A stretch of 64,000 nt of DNA from Clostridia bacterium (lineage in GTDB: Bacteria; Bacillota; Clostridia; Christensenellales; CAG-138), in NCBI GenBank assembly GCA_016292635.1, contig JAEDIC010000001.1:67275-131274 (forward strand), in the 5' to 3' direction. The notes under the pieces are model-generated. The model was not told the DNA's origin, searched no databases, and worked only from the letters and a program-made list of their open reading frames with translations. A program made the translations under genes and the position numbers. This document shows, in pieces, positions 45,652 to 55,200 of the stretch (the first letter of the stretch is position 1; the number at the start of each line of letters is the position of its first letter).

Positions 45652-45769
45652 GTAAGGGTGGCTAAATGTCTAGAGAAAATGGGGCTGTGTATGTAGTGGG
45701 TATGTAGTAGGGTTCGCCTTTTTGTCGGGAATCATCATTCCAGCATTTGAGCATGACGCCGAAAGATCA

Positions 45770-46213
45770 TCAGACATCAGTATCGTCATCCCAGTCAGGA
45801 TCATCCCATGTAGGATCGTCCCAGACATCATCCTCTTCGTCTAAATCCTCGTCCTCGTCAAAGTCATCTAACTCATCAGAATCAATATCGTCATCGCCGT
45901 CAAACTCCAGAGAAGCAAAGGTAATTCCGGAGGACTCGGTATAGCCGCCGCCTATATTGCCTTTTGAGTCGACGAATACGGTATTGCCAAACAGCCCCTC
46001 TGTGGAGGAACCGATCGCATTTCCATCACGGTCGAAATGCCCCGTTATCCCGAAAAGGCCCTTACAACTGCCGCCTGCGTAATTGCCTTTAGCGTCCACG
46101 TACACATCATTTCCCCATATGTCTTTCGTACTTCCGCCTACCACACTGCCCTTACCGTCAACAAAGGTTTTGCTTCCGAATAGTCCGGGTATGCCAAATA
46201 TATCCTTTTTCAT
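45770..46213 (-). CDS. Repeat protein with an extremely acidic Asp/Trp tail.
   Basis: Four repeats of about 22 aa (LFGxxxFVDxKGNxxGGS), then about 50 residues of almost only D/E (DDVWDDPTWDDPDWDDDTDV). Confidence 0.6.
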   Translation of the reverse strand: MKKDIFGIPGLFGSKTFVDGKGSVVGGSTKDIWGNDVYVDAKGNYAGGSCKGLFGITGHFDRDGNAIGSSTEGLFGNTVFVDSKGNIGGGYTESSGITFASLEFDGDDDIDSDELDDFDEDEDLDEEDDVWDDPTWDDPDWDDDTDV

Positions 46214-46240
46214 GAATAGTTCCTCCCAGAATTATCGTGG

Positions 46241-47047
46241 TTAATTATGTTCGTACCAGTAATCTTCTGCCTCTTCGTAATCGAAGAAATCATTGTAATA
46301 GTCGTAGTAGAAATCATCTGCGTTGGAATATGCTCCGGCGTCGTATGGGTCGGAATTGCATGAACAGGATGGGGAGCTGAAGTTTTTATGATTTACGTTC
46401 TTCCAAGTGTCGCCGGACCAATGGATATCGTTGCGCTTATCTGTTTCCACTACCTTGCCTTTATATACTTCCAGCCAGAATATCATACATCCGTCTGCAG
46501 CGTCCCATGTATATACATCAAGATCATCTGTAGAAAATGACAGTTTCCCCTTGCCCAGCTTTGTATCGTGTATGTATTCGGGATCCATACCTACATATGG
46601 AAGCCCAGCCTTGATCTCTGCCCGCTGCCGCCGGATTTCTTCATCTGCGGCGGCTTTTACCTGCTTGGCATACCGGCAAATCTCATCATAGCAGGGAAGG
46701 TAGTCTCCGTATTCCACAACTTCTTCAAGTTTGTCGTATGCATAAACGGCTTCTTTGCCAGTCGGGTTTTCTCCGTATTTTGCCCGTGTGTTTGCGTAAC
46801 TCAACAGCCAGATACTGTCATGATCATCGGATGAAACGGCATCCAGAACATCCGCAGCCCTCTCATAATTGCCTTCGGCTATCAGTTGAATGGACTTGTT
46901 GTAGGCTATTGTCGGCGCCGCAAAGCTTATAAAGCAAACTATTCCAATAGCAACGATAACATAGATACCTATTACGTATTGTTTACGCTTTATGATTAAA
47001 TATAGGGCCAGCACAAATGCGGCAATTATGTATATCAGAATTTCCAT
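46241..47047 (-). CDS. Two-TM membrane-anchored hypothetical protein.
   Basis: Hydrophobic N-terminus (ILIYIIAAFVLALYLI, IGIYVIVAIGIVCFISF), a soluble body, and a Tyr/Asp-rich tail. Confidence 0.6.
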   Translation of the reverse strand: MEILIYIIAAFVLALYLIIKRKQYVIGIYVIVAIGIVCFISFAAPTIAYNKSIQLIAEGNYERAADVLDAVSSDDHDSIWLLSYANTRAKYGENPTGKEAVYAYDKLEEVVEYGDYLPCYDEICRYAKQVKAAADEEIRRQRAEIKAGLPYVGMDPEYIHDTKLGKGKLSFSTDDLDVYTWDAADGCMIFWLEVYKGKVVETDKRNDIHWSGDTWKNVNHKNFSSPSCSCNSDPYDAGAYSNADDFYYDYYNDFFDYEEAEDYWYEHN

Positions 47048-47187
47048 AGATATGTTAACCTCGTATGATGAACAGTTTAAGCAATTTGCATCTTATCACT
47101 ATTATAATGCAAATTCCATTCAGTATCTACCCAAAGATAGACCCCGTATAATTCGAGCAGCCGCTTATCGCAACCGGCATATCCGGC

Positions 47188-47370
47188 TTATGCTGCCGGA
47201 TATGCTTTGGCCTTATACTCACGGATCGGATAGGCATTTGATGCAGATGCTGTCTGAGTGCGTCTTGGTTCTGAGTATCCGACCATTTCCCTCCAGCTCA
47301 AGCTCCACATGTTATCCAAACGCTCTTCCATGATTTCCCTGTTGTCTTCTTCGTACTTTGCCCAACCCAT
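47188..47370 (-). CDS. Small hypothetical protein (60 aa).
   Basis: AAAGGAGG RBS (ttaaaaggaggttccATG). No family recognised. Confidence 0.45.
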   Translation of the reverse strand: MGWAKYEEDNREIMEERLDNMWSLSWREMVGYSEPRRTQTASASNAYPIREYKAKAYPAA

Positions 47371-47402
47371 AATGGAACCTCCTTTTAATTTATTATTAGG
47401 TA

Positions 47403-47900
47403 TTATGCTGCGTAAATAAGCTGCGCCGCTTTTTCAAAGTCGCAGTTAAGCCTTATCATCGAGATTACATCTCCAACACAGGCAGATAATTTCTTTTCGA
47501 TGGACGGAATATGATATTCGTTGGTGATAGTGACATATTTAAGCTGCCAGCCGCCGGAAGGGCACTTGTCCGCCTGTAAAACCCTCATTCCTTCATATCC
47601 GGCAAGAGCCTCTGTGACGATGTTTAATATGCTTTGTGATATTTGAGCTGCTTTCAGAGGGCGCTTTTCATTCTTTGGCTTTGGAAGATAGTAATAACAC
47701 CCTTTGCCGATACAGTCGTGCTCTGTTCGAAGTTTTTCGGTGAGGAATCCGGGGTGCTCCTTGTATTGGCAGTACCCTACACAGTTTCCGCAGCCGGTTA
47801 TCTTGCCGTCTATGCAGCGCCTGTGATGTGCTGAGCTATTTTGCTGTTCGTAAAATGTGTACGTGTGATTGGTTTCAAAGTAAGCATTGTTGTTTATCAT
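47403..47900 (-). CDS. Cysteine-rich protein. The N-terminal domain may be Cys-rich-VLP-like, as seen on Firmicute mobile elements.
   Basis: CIDGKITGCGNCVGYCQYKEHPGFLT..HDCIGKGCYYYLP holds six Cys in 40 residues. Confidence 0.55.
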   Translation of the reverse strand: MINNNAYFETNHTYTFYEQQNSSAHHRRCIDGKITGCGNCVGYCQYKEHPGFLTEKLRTEHDCIGKGCYYYLPKPKNEKRPLKAAQISQSILNIVTEALAGYEGMRVLQADKCPSGGWQLKYVTITNEYHIPSIEKKLSACVGDVISMIRLNCDFEKAAQLIYAA

Positions 47901-48094
47901 TGCAGGTGCGCTTCCTTTATATTGTTTTGTAGGGGTTCGTGTATATAGTAATGAGAAAGCGAAAAAGTAAGGTCGTTTTATGAAATATATAATATATTTT
48001 CATCGGCTCCGGTTTACTCTCGTTTTTATATACAGGATGTGATTACCCGCCACTTTGAAAAGTGTATTGTCTGTATTTTTCGTTGGAATATAGT

Positions 48095-48124
48095 AAAGTT
48101 CGCCGCAAAACTGCGGCGAACTTT
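48095..48124. other. A 12-bp perfect hairpin in a divergent intergenic region.
   Basis: AAAGTTCGCCGC-AAAACT-GCGGCGAACTTT flanked by AT-rich sequence. It lies between two divergently transcribed genes, so it is not an ordinary 3' terminator. Confidence 0.4.
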
Positions 48125-48307
48125 ATATTGAAACTAAACGAAATAGATTACATACTTACCTAAATATATTGGCGCAGAACAGCTGCCCTCCCTGCCAAAC
48201 ATCATGCCCGATATTCGCCCTATACACCCTTGATGTAAAATGATATACTAAAATTATATATGTAAAGATAAAATTCTATCGAAAATAAAAGCATTTTGGG
48301 GTCTCAT

Positions 48308-51300
48308 ATGCGAGTAAATATTCTGGATTTTGCTGAAAACTATGCCATAAAGCAAATATTTGAGCTTTGTAAATTTAAGCCTGCAACGAATCCCAAGGAT
48401 GATTTGGCAATATCACAATTGGCAGATTATATTGAAAGCCTCAGCCCCTATGTCGAACGTGATGCGGCTCAGATTTCGCTGCTTCAAAGTATCATGATTT
48501 CCATGGACGATAATGGCATGGCAGACTCATACAGAGTAAAGGCATTGCATTCAGCCGTTATGCATTGGGGCATGGGCTCCGCTGCGGATAAAATCACATC
48601 TACTCAGGAATACTCAGCGCTCTATGAAAAGGGATTTATCTATGAAGTGCTGCGTCTCGGGAAGCAGCGATGCCTTAAATTCCAGCATCCGTATTCGGAT
48701 GCTCTCAAGAGCGGCGCGTTGGCAGGTATTAAAGAACTGCTTGCAAAAAATGATATTGTAAAATCAAACAACAAAAATGTATCTGAAGGCATATCAAAAT
48801 CTCATCTTTACAATAAAACCGAGCCTACAGAAAACTCTGCCATGCAGATGCTTTTCAGGAGAATCAACCGCGAATTTCCCGATGCTGCTTACATTGGCGA
48901 TATAAAAATCAACGATGAAGAATACGCCATTCTGAAGCAGTATTTGAAAAAAGCATTGGAAAATCTTGATGGCAATCCTGACGATGCCATGTATGCTGTG
49001 GCTGTGGTACAGGTTGCCATGCGTACATATCGTGAACATGTTTTTTGGGGAAATTTCTTTGCCGAAGCAGATGTTCCGTCAAATGCCTCCCTGCAGGGAA
49101 TTATAGGCAAAAAGTTCTGGGCTATTCTCATAAAGCATAACAAGTTTCATACAGACAGCAAACGCTATATACAGAACATTCTGATGCATTGCTATGTTTC
49201 TGATTATTACGCACCCAAGTATTTTGACTTTTTATACAAGTTTTACAGCATAGACCTGGACAGAGATATATCGAGGCTTGATCAGGAAACGATGAACATC
49301 CTGCTTGACTCGGTATGCTCTGAAGATAATACCGGGCGCCGATATATGCTGGTACAGCATACAAGCCAGGCAGTAGCAGCAAACAGACCCGATGCAGCAG
49401 TTCGTATACGTCGCCACCTTGAGCAAATCGATAAGCTGTTCTGGAACCCGGAATATGAAATCATAGCGGACCACCGGCTGGATTCCCTTATGCAAGATTG
49501 GGCAAGGTCAGCCAACGAGCTGGCGCTGGATGCAAACAGCATTGGAAGAAATCACGGGCGCGGTGCACGAAGGTTCTCTTCCCCTTATATTTTCTTCGAC
49601 AAAGCAAATGCTTCTTTCCAGCTGGTATTGCCGTCCCAGATAGTAAAATGGGGTGGAGAAAGCGACCTGTACTGGGAGATTTCCGGCGCAGAGGAAATCT
49701 GTCTGGAAACTGAACTCACAGAGTCGGTAACGGGCTACAAAGTACTGCAGACAAGCACTCCCATAAATTGGCATTCTGTGCTTGGCAAATTCAGGATCAG
49801 ATTGACTGATAACGGCGGAATCGCTCACAAGACTTTTTACATAACAGAAAGCAACATCAGATTTTTCGATTGCGATGGATATCCCGTAAATGCCAATGCG
49901 CTTAAGACAGAGGAAATCATTGCAGTATCTCAACCCGAAGACATATTGCTGTCCAGCGCTCTTACTGACAGTTATGTGGCGAATGGGCTGCTATTCTCCT
50001 GCTTTGATTTTGAATATGAGGACATATTGCGTCTGCCTGACGGCAAAGCGGTAATAGTGGGTAAAAAAGAAATTCAAAGCGGCCTTGCCGGCAAAGGCTA
50101 TGTGGAAGCGGCTGTATGCACCTATGATGACAACGAGTGCAGGCTATATCGGGAAATGCCCCATCTGGTTCTCAGAATGCAGCCTCAAAAGGCCGCAGGA
50201 ACATGCATAGAAATAAATGGGCAGCGGTTTAAGCTGTTTGATACCGAAACCGTAGAGTTTTCCATAGATGACCGTTCAGGAGAGACAGGATATTACATAA
50301 ATCTGGCATTCTTAGGTGCTCAGAATGGATTATACGAAATAATGGCCGATATCCCCGGGGGTGCTGTACATCGCTGGAAATTTGTGCTGGTCAAAGATTT
50401 TGAGGCTGTATTCGACGGTGCTCCATATGTATTTGAGCCCCGTGGAACAGTAAGCTTTAATGACAGCATGCAGGTAATACCGCTCAGTGCCGCAGCAGAA
50501 CAAGTGCCGGGAACCAATGATTTCAAGTTTGAAATAGAGCGCACCGGCCGCCGGATAGAGTTTGAACTTGCTGCATTGGATAAGCCATGCATTGTGTCGC
50601 TTCCGGTGCCTGCTGTGTTTATAAAGGCAGGGAATGACAATTGGTCAAGCCGCCGTCCGCCCCATATGTGGCACAAAGATTTCCCGGATATTATTGAACT
50701 GTCCGTACCCTATCACAAGGTTTCGCTCAGTATGGAACATCCATCTTCAGATGATGGCGGAAGAAGAATTGAATACGGAAGAAACATGGGCAGCGACAGC
50801 ATTGTTTGCGATGTTCGTCGTTTCAAGTCGTACTTATCCGGCGACGGAAACTTAAGGCAGCTGCGTATGAGCTTTGCAGAAGTAGATACCGATTTGTTTA
50901 ATATACTGATCAGAAGTATAGTTACTTCCTGTGATATAATAGGCAACTTCGAAAATGATTCTATCACTATAAACGCAAATATTATCGGCCAGGCACAGTA
51001 TTGCTTTGATCTGTATCATAACGGAGCGTTGATAGCGGATAAGGCAATGCTTGATAATGGAACTGCAACACTATTCGGCCTGGCAAAGAATGGACGATAT
51101 ACAGTAGAATTATTTGAAGAGGAAGCAGATACCTCCGGCTTTGAAGACGCTTATTATTCCTCCCTCGGCAAATATGAACAGCAGCTGCTCAATCCTTATG
51201 ATATGAGCGACAGGTCCTTCCGCATCATCCAGATAGAGAATAAAGAAAATGGCACTATATATCCGTTGATGTGCAACTTCTACGTGGAGCACCTGAAAAA

Positions 51301-52258
51301 GGTTGATGCAAATATCTATTGTGGAACCATGGTTGCAGAAAAGCGTGATGGAACAATACTTGCCGCATTTCCTATAAATGTTGAGTTTCCGGATCTTAAG
51401 ACTCCCGGCCTTCTTTGGATAAGCTTTGCTGATGAGTATGGTGACAAGACAGAATTCCTTTATGACACCAGAAGAAAAGTAATTCTTAAAGAGGAAAATC
51501 CTGCGCTGCGAAAGCTTGAATGCTATCGCAGATACAGTGTTCTTAATCAAAGTGAAGAAATCTTCCGCGTTGAATTCTGTGATAGAGCAAAGTGCGCAAG
51601 AGAAGATATCCCCAATACTTTGGTGTTTGAGGAAACATCGAATGTATTCAGTTTTGCCAATCAAAGACAATCCCGCGCCTTGCAAGAAAAAAACAACAGA
51701 AGCATTAAGGATATAAGCTGGAAGGGGTTAGACTATGAATTTCTGAAGGCTGCAGGAATTCATAGAATGGGGCAAATAGTCTGTCACGACAGAAATTCAT
51801 TCAAAAGGCTGATTGGAGCAGCGGAAGAAAGCATCGACAGAATTGAACGCACCTTGGCTGCATATGGTTATTCTTTTGCAAAAGCCGAAGCATCTATTGG
51901 CAGCGCAAAAGCATATGCAACATCCTTTGCTTCGAAAGAACCGATTGAGAAAGCTTCTGTCATTTTACCGGCACCTGATGCCTGGGACGAAGTACAAGTT
52001 CTGGAACCATGCAACGATGAGTACAGTACTTCAACTGAAGAAGCAGCTCCAAAAGACACGAGAGATATTAAGGTATCCCATACCATGCTACCGCCCATGA
52101 CATACAACTGCCTTAAAACTGCGGGGCATCTAACTGTTGGCGATGTGCTGGAGCTGTACCTGGTTAAAGGCAAAAAAGGTCTTGAGAATATCCCGCGAAG
52201 TACGGCAGAGATGAGACAGCAGATCATGGATATGCTCAAACACTACGAATTGATATAG
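48308..52258 (+). CDS. Giant orphan protein (about 1316 aa) with two C-terminal RpoA-alphaCTD-like HhH modules. DruH-like by position only.
   Basis: Uninterrupted ORF. ATG 48308 is preferred over TTG 48296. I find no Walker or catalytic motif. C-terminal LDYEFLKAAGIHRMGQIV and TYNCLKTAGHLTVGDVLEL..GLENIPRSTAEMRQQI resemble SYNCLKRAGINTVQEL..NLGRKSLEEV. Confidence 0.7.
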   Translation: MRVNILDFAENYAIKQIFELCKFKPATNPKDDLAISQLADYIESLSPYVERDAAQISLLQSIMISMDDNGMADSYRVKALHSAVMHWGMGSAADKITSTQEYSALYEKGFIYEVLRLGKQRCLKFQHPYSDALKSGALAGIKELLAKNDIVKSNNKNVSEGISKSHLYNKTEPTENSAMQMLFRRINREFPDAAYIGDIKINDEEYAILKQYLKKALENLDGNPDDAMYAVAVVQVAMRTYREHVFWGNFFAEADVPSNASLQGIIGKKFWAILIKHNKFHTDSKRYIQNILMHCYVSDYYAPKYFDFLYKFYSIDLDRDISRLDQETMNILLDSVCSEDNTGRRYMLVQHTSQAVAANRPDAAVRIRRHLEQIDKLFWNPEYEIIADHRLDSLMQDWARSANELALDANSIGRNHGRGARRFSSPYIFFDKANASFQLVLPSQIVKWGGESDLYWEISGAEEICLETELTESVTGYKVLQTSTPINWHSVLGKFRIRLTDNGGIAHKTFYITESNIRFFDCDGYPVNANALKTEEIIAVSQPEDILLSSALTDSYVANGLLFSCFDFEYEDILRLPDGKAVIVGKKEIQSGLAGKGYVEAAVCTYDDNECRLYREMPHLVLRMQPQKAAGTCIEINGQRFKLFDTETVEFSIDDRSGETGYYINLAFLGAQNGLYEIMADIPGGAVHRWKFVLVKDFEAVFDGAPYVFEPRGTVSFNDSMQVIPLSAAAEQVPGTNDFKFEIERTGRRIEFELAALDKPCIVSLPVPAVFIKAGNDNWSSRRPPHMWHKDFPDIIELSVPYHKVSLSMEHPSSDDGGRRIEYGRNMGSDSIVCDVRRFKSYLSGDGNLRQLRMSFAEVDTDLFNILIRSIVTSCDIIGNFENDSITINANIIGQAQYCFDLYHNGALIADKAMLDNGTATLFGLAKNGRYTVELFEEEADTSGFEDAYYSSLGKYEQQLLNPYDMSDRSFRIIQIENKENGTIYPLMCNFYVEHLKKVDANIYCGTMVAEKRDGTILAAFPINVEFPDLKTPGLLWISFADEYGDKTEFLYDTRRKVILKEENPALRKLECYRRYSVLNQSEEIFRVEFCDRAKCAREDIPNTLVFEETSNVFSFANQRQSRALQEKNNRSIKDISWKGLDYEFLKAAGIHRMGQIVCHDRNSFKRLIGAAEESIDRIERTLAAYGYSFAKAEASIGSAKAYATSFASKEPIEKASVILPAPDAWDEVQVLEPCNDEYSTSTEEAAPKDTRDIKVSHTMLPPMTYNCLKTAGHLTVGDVLELYLVKGKKGLENIPRSTAEMRQQIMDMLKHYELI

Positions 52259-52268
52259 GAGACATACA

Positions 52269-55200
52269 ATGGCATTTTTCCCGGTAGCGGCCTCCGCAGA
52301 AATCACAAAGAAATATAAGCAGTATCTCAAAACTATATTTGAGCTGAAGGATCCGGTGTATCAGAAGCAATTCCAGAAGCTTCTGGATGATGATTCTCAG
52401 TTTGCCAACGGGCCCTATCTCGATGTAACAGACTCCTTCAAAAAGGGTAGTTCCATCAACGAGCTGATAGAAAGCGGGATCCTTCCCAAGGGCTTTGAAA
52501 AGCTGAACATGAACCTTACCAGGCCATTGTATCTGCATCAGGAAAAGGCGGTATCCAAGGCTGTTTCCGGAAAAAACATGGTTGTTTCCACGGGTACAGG
52601 CTCCGGTAAAACAGAGAGCTTTCTTATTCCCGTGCTGGCACATATAGTATCCGAGCTGCAGACAGGCAAAAAAGAATCCGGAGTAAGGGCATTGCTTATT
52701 TACCCTATGAACGCCCTTGCCAACGACCAGATCGAACGTCTGCGCTCCTTGCTCAAAGATTATCCCGAAATAACATACGGCAGCTATACAGGACAAACCC
52801 GAAAAACTTATAGAGAGGCGCTGGCTGAATATCGAATGCTCAACAACGGCAGCGAGCCAAATCCCAACGAGCTTATAAGCCGCGAGCAGATGCAGGACGA
52901 CCCTCCCCATATTCTTGTCACAAACTATGCCATGCTGGAGTACCTTATGGTACGTCCAGATGACAGCGTTTTCTTCCAGAACGGAAGCAGCTGGAAATAT
53001 GTTGTACTGGATGAAGCCCACGTGTATTCCGGCTCCACCGGAATAGAGGTATCAATGCTGCTCAGGCGGCTGAAGAGCACCCTTAAAGGCAGCAATCTCC
53101 AGTACATCCTTACCAGCGCCACCTTGGGCGATGAAAACAGTAATAAGGAAGTAGCTGAGTTTGCATCCGCCTTGTGTGCAGCCCCCTTTTCTGCCGCGGA
53201 TGTGATCAGGGCATACCGGGTAGAAACGGTGGTACAGAATACAAAAACAAACCTGCCTGCCGAGTTTTACAGGGCCTGCGGCGATGAACTGGCAAAAGAT
53301 ATTCCGGACGAAAAGCATATTGCTGCCTTGCTGCAGCAGTATACAGGGATGAACTGCAGCACCGGAGAACTGAGCGAGTGGCTTTATGATGCGCTGGAAT
53401 GTGACGGAACATTTCAGAAAATAAAGCGCTTTATGAATGTTCCCCGAAAGGTTAAGGAGATATCCCGCCATGCAGGCTGGAGCGATTCTGATACCGAGCG
53501 GTTTATAATAACAGCATCCCATGCGGCAAAGGGCGGAATACAGCTTTTTGACGCCCGCTATCATATGTTTCTCAGAGCCACAGAGAGCGTATTTGTAACA
53601 CTCGGCTCCAACAAACGGCTGTTTTTAGACCGTAAAGAATATCATTACGAAGCAGACGGCAGGCAACAAAAGGTGTTCGAGATAGGAACCTGCAGCTTTT
53701 GCCATGCAATATTTATCACAGGCGAAATCCAAAACGATATTCTGATGCAGACGGGTAAAGCCAACAGCGACGATGGCTCTGCAGTGTTTTTGCTTGAAAA
53801 TGAATTCGCGGATACAGACGAAGATCACCTCATGGAATATGACGGGCTGGATTTGGAACCCTACGAGGTATGCCCCCAATGCGGATTTATACGTCGGGCA
53901 GATGCGGTAAAGAAAAAGAGCTGTGCCTGCGGGCAGCCCATGATAAAGCTGTGGAAAGCAAATAAGCTCTCCAAATCCTTAAAAAAGTGCCCTTCCTGCG
54001 AAGCGGTTAGTCCTTTGGGCATATTGCGCATGTTCTTTACCGGGCAGGAGGCTGTTACCAGCGTTATAGGTACAGCGCTGTTTGAATCGCTGCCTGCATA
54101 TAAAATAACCATACAGCAAACGGTGGAAGAAGATGACTCCGGTTTCGGCTTCAGCGATCAGTCCGTAGAAAGCAATGAAAAAGAAGCCAAGCAGTTTCTG
54201 GCTTTTTCAGATAGCCGTCAGGCCGCTGCGTTTTATGCCACTTACATGGATAAAACATACAGAAATATGCTCAATAAGAGGCTTATAGTGGAGACGCTGA
54301 GCGGACTTCGCGCACCGATGCCCATGGAGCAGTTTGTAGGTGATCTTGCCGGCGAGTTTGATGCGCATAAAAGTTGCGACAACGGCAGCTATGCCGAAAA
54401 AGAAGCCTGGAAAGCCATACTTGCTGAACTTATAGACAACAACGGCAACACATCCCTGTATAGGACGGGATTGCTTCAGCTGAACTTGAAAAAGCAAACC
54501 TTCCCCGGAAACGGGCTGTGGAAGCTGTCCCCGGAGGAAGTGCGTGCGATATGCTGCGAAATTTTGCTGCCGATGGTGGCAGATGCAGCTGTTTCCCACA
54601 GCCAGGTGGCCCTTACAAAAGCAGATCTGGAAGATATAACCCACAGCGGAGTGAAGAGCGCATATACCTATTCCGATGCGGATTCACGCAAGCGGCAAAA
54701 GGCCTTTATACCTACCAGATCCGGACTCAGCAATAAGCGAATAGACTATATTTCAAAGCTGGCCCGTAAGGTTGGGCAGCCTGACGATCAGCAGAATTGC
54801 ATAAAACTGCTGAACGGAATATGGAAAATACTGACCAAGCCGGAAGATTCTATCCTTTCACAGGAAAACGGCGCTTATACAGTTGATGTGGGTGCATTTA
54901 CCGTATTCGGAAAAGGACAGTGGTATCGCTGTCCAAAATGCAAAAAACTGACTGCATATAACGTAAAGGGCATATGCCCCACTTATCATTGCGACGGTGA
55001 ATTGGAGCCGGTTGATCCGGAAACGCTGTTTGCAGGCAACCACTATTTTGAAATGTACCGCACCATGGATATGCGCCCCCTCAGAATAGTGGAGCATTCT
55101 GCCCAGCTTTCCAAAGAGAAGGCATATGAGTACCAGCGCAGATTCAAGGAAAAGGAGCTAGACGTGCTGAGCTGCTCCACCACCTTTGAAATGGGTGTTG

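Noticed and set aside
45165-45696. ORFs 45165-45509(-), 45200-45484(-), 45346-45696(+) and 45413-45643(+), plus 39071-39262 and 39102-39296, which cover the repeat region.
   Set aside because: They read through tRNA-derived and hairpin-rich non-coding repeats. The translations are Pro/Gly/Arg-rich and show no conserved frame between the two repeat copies.
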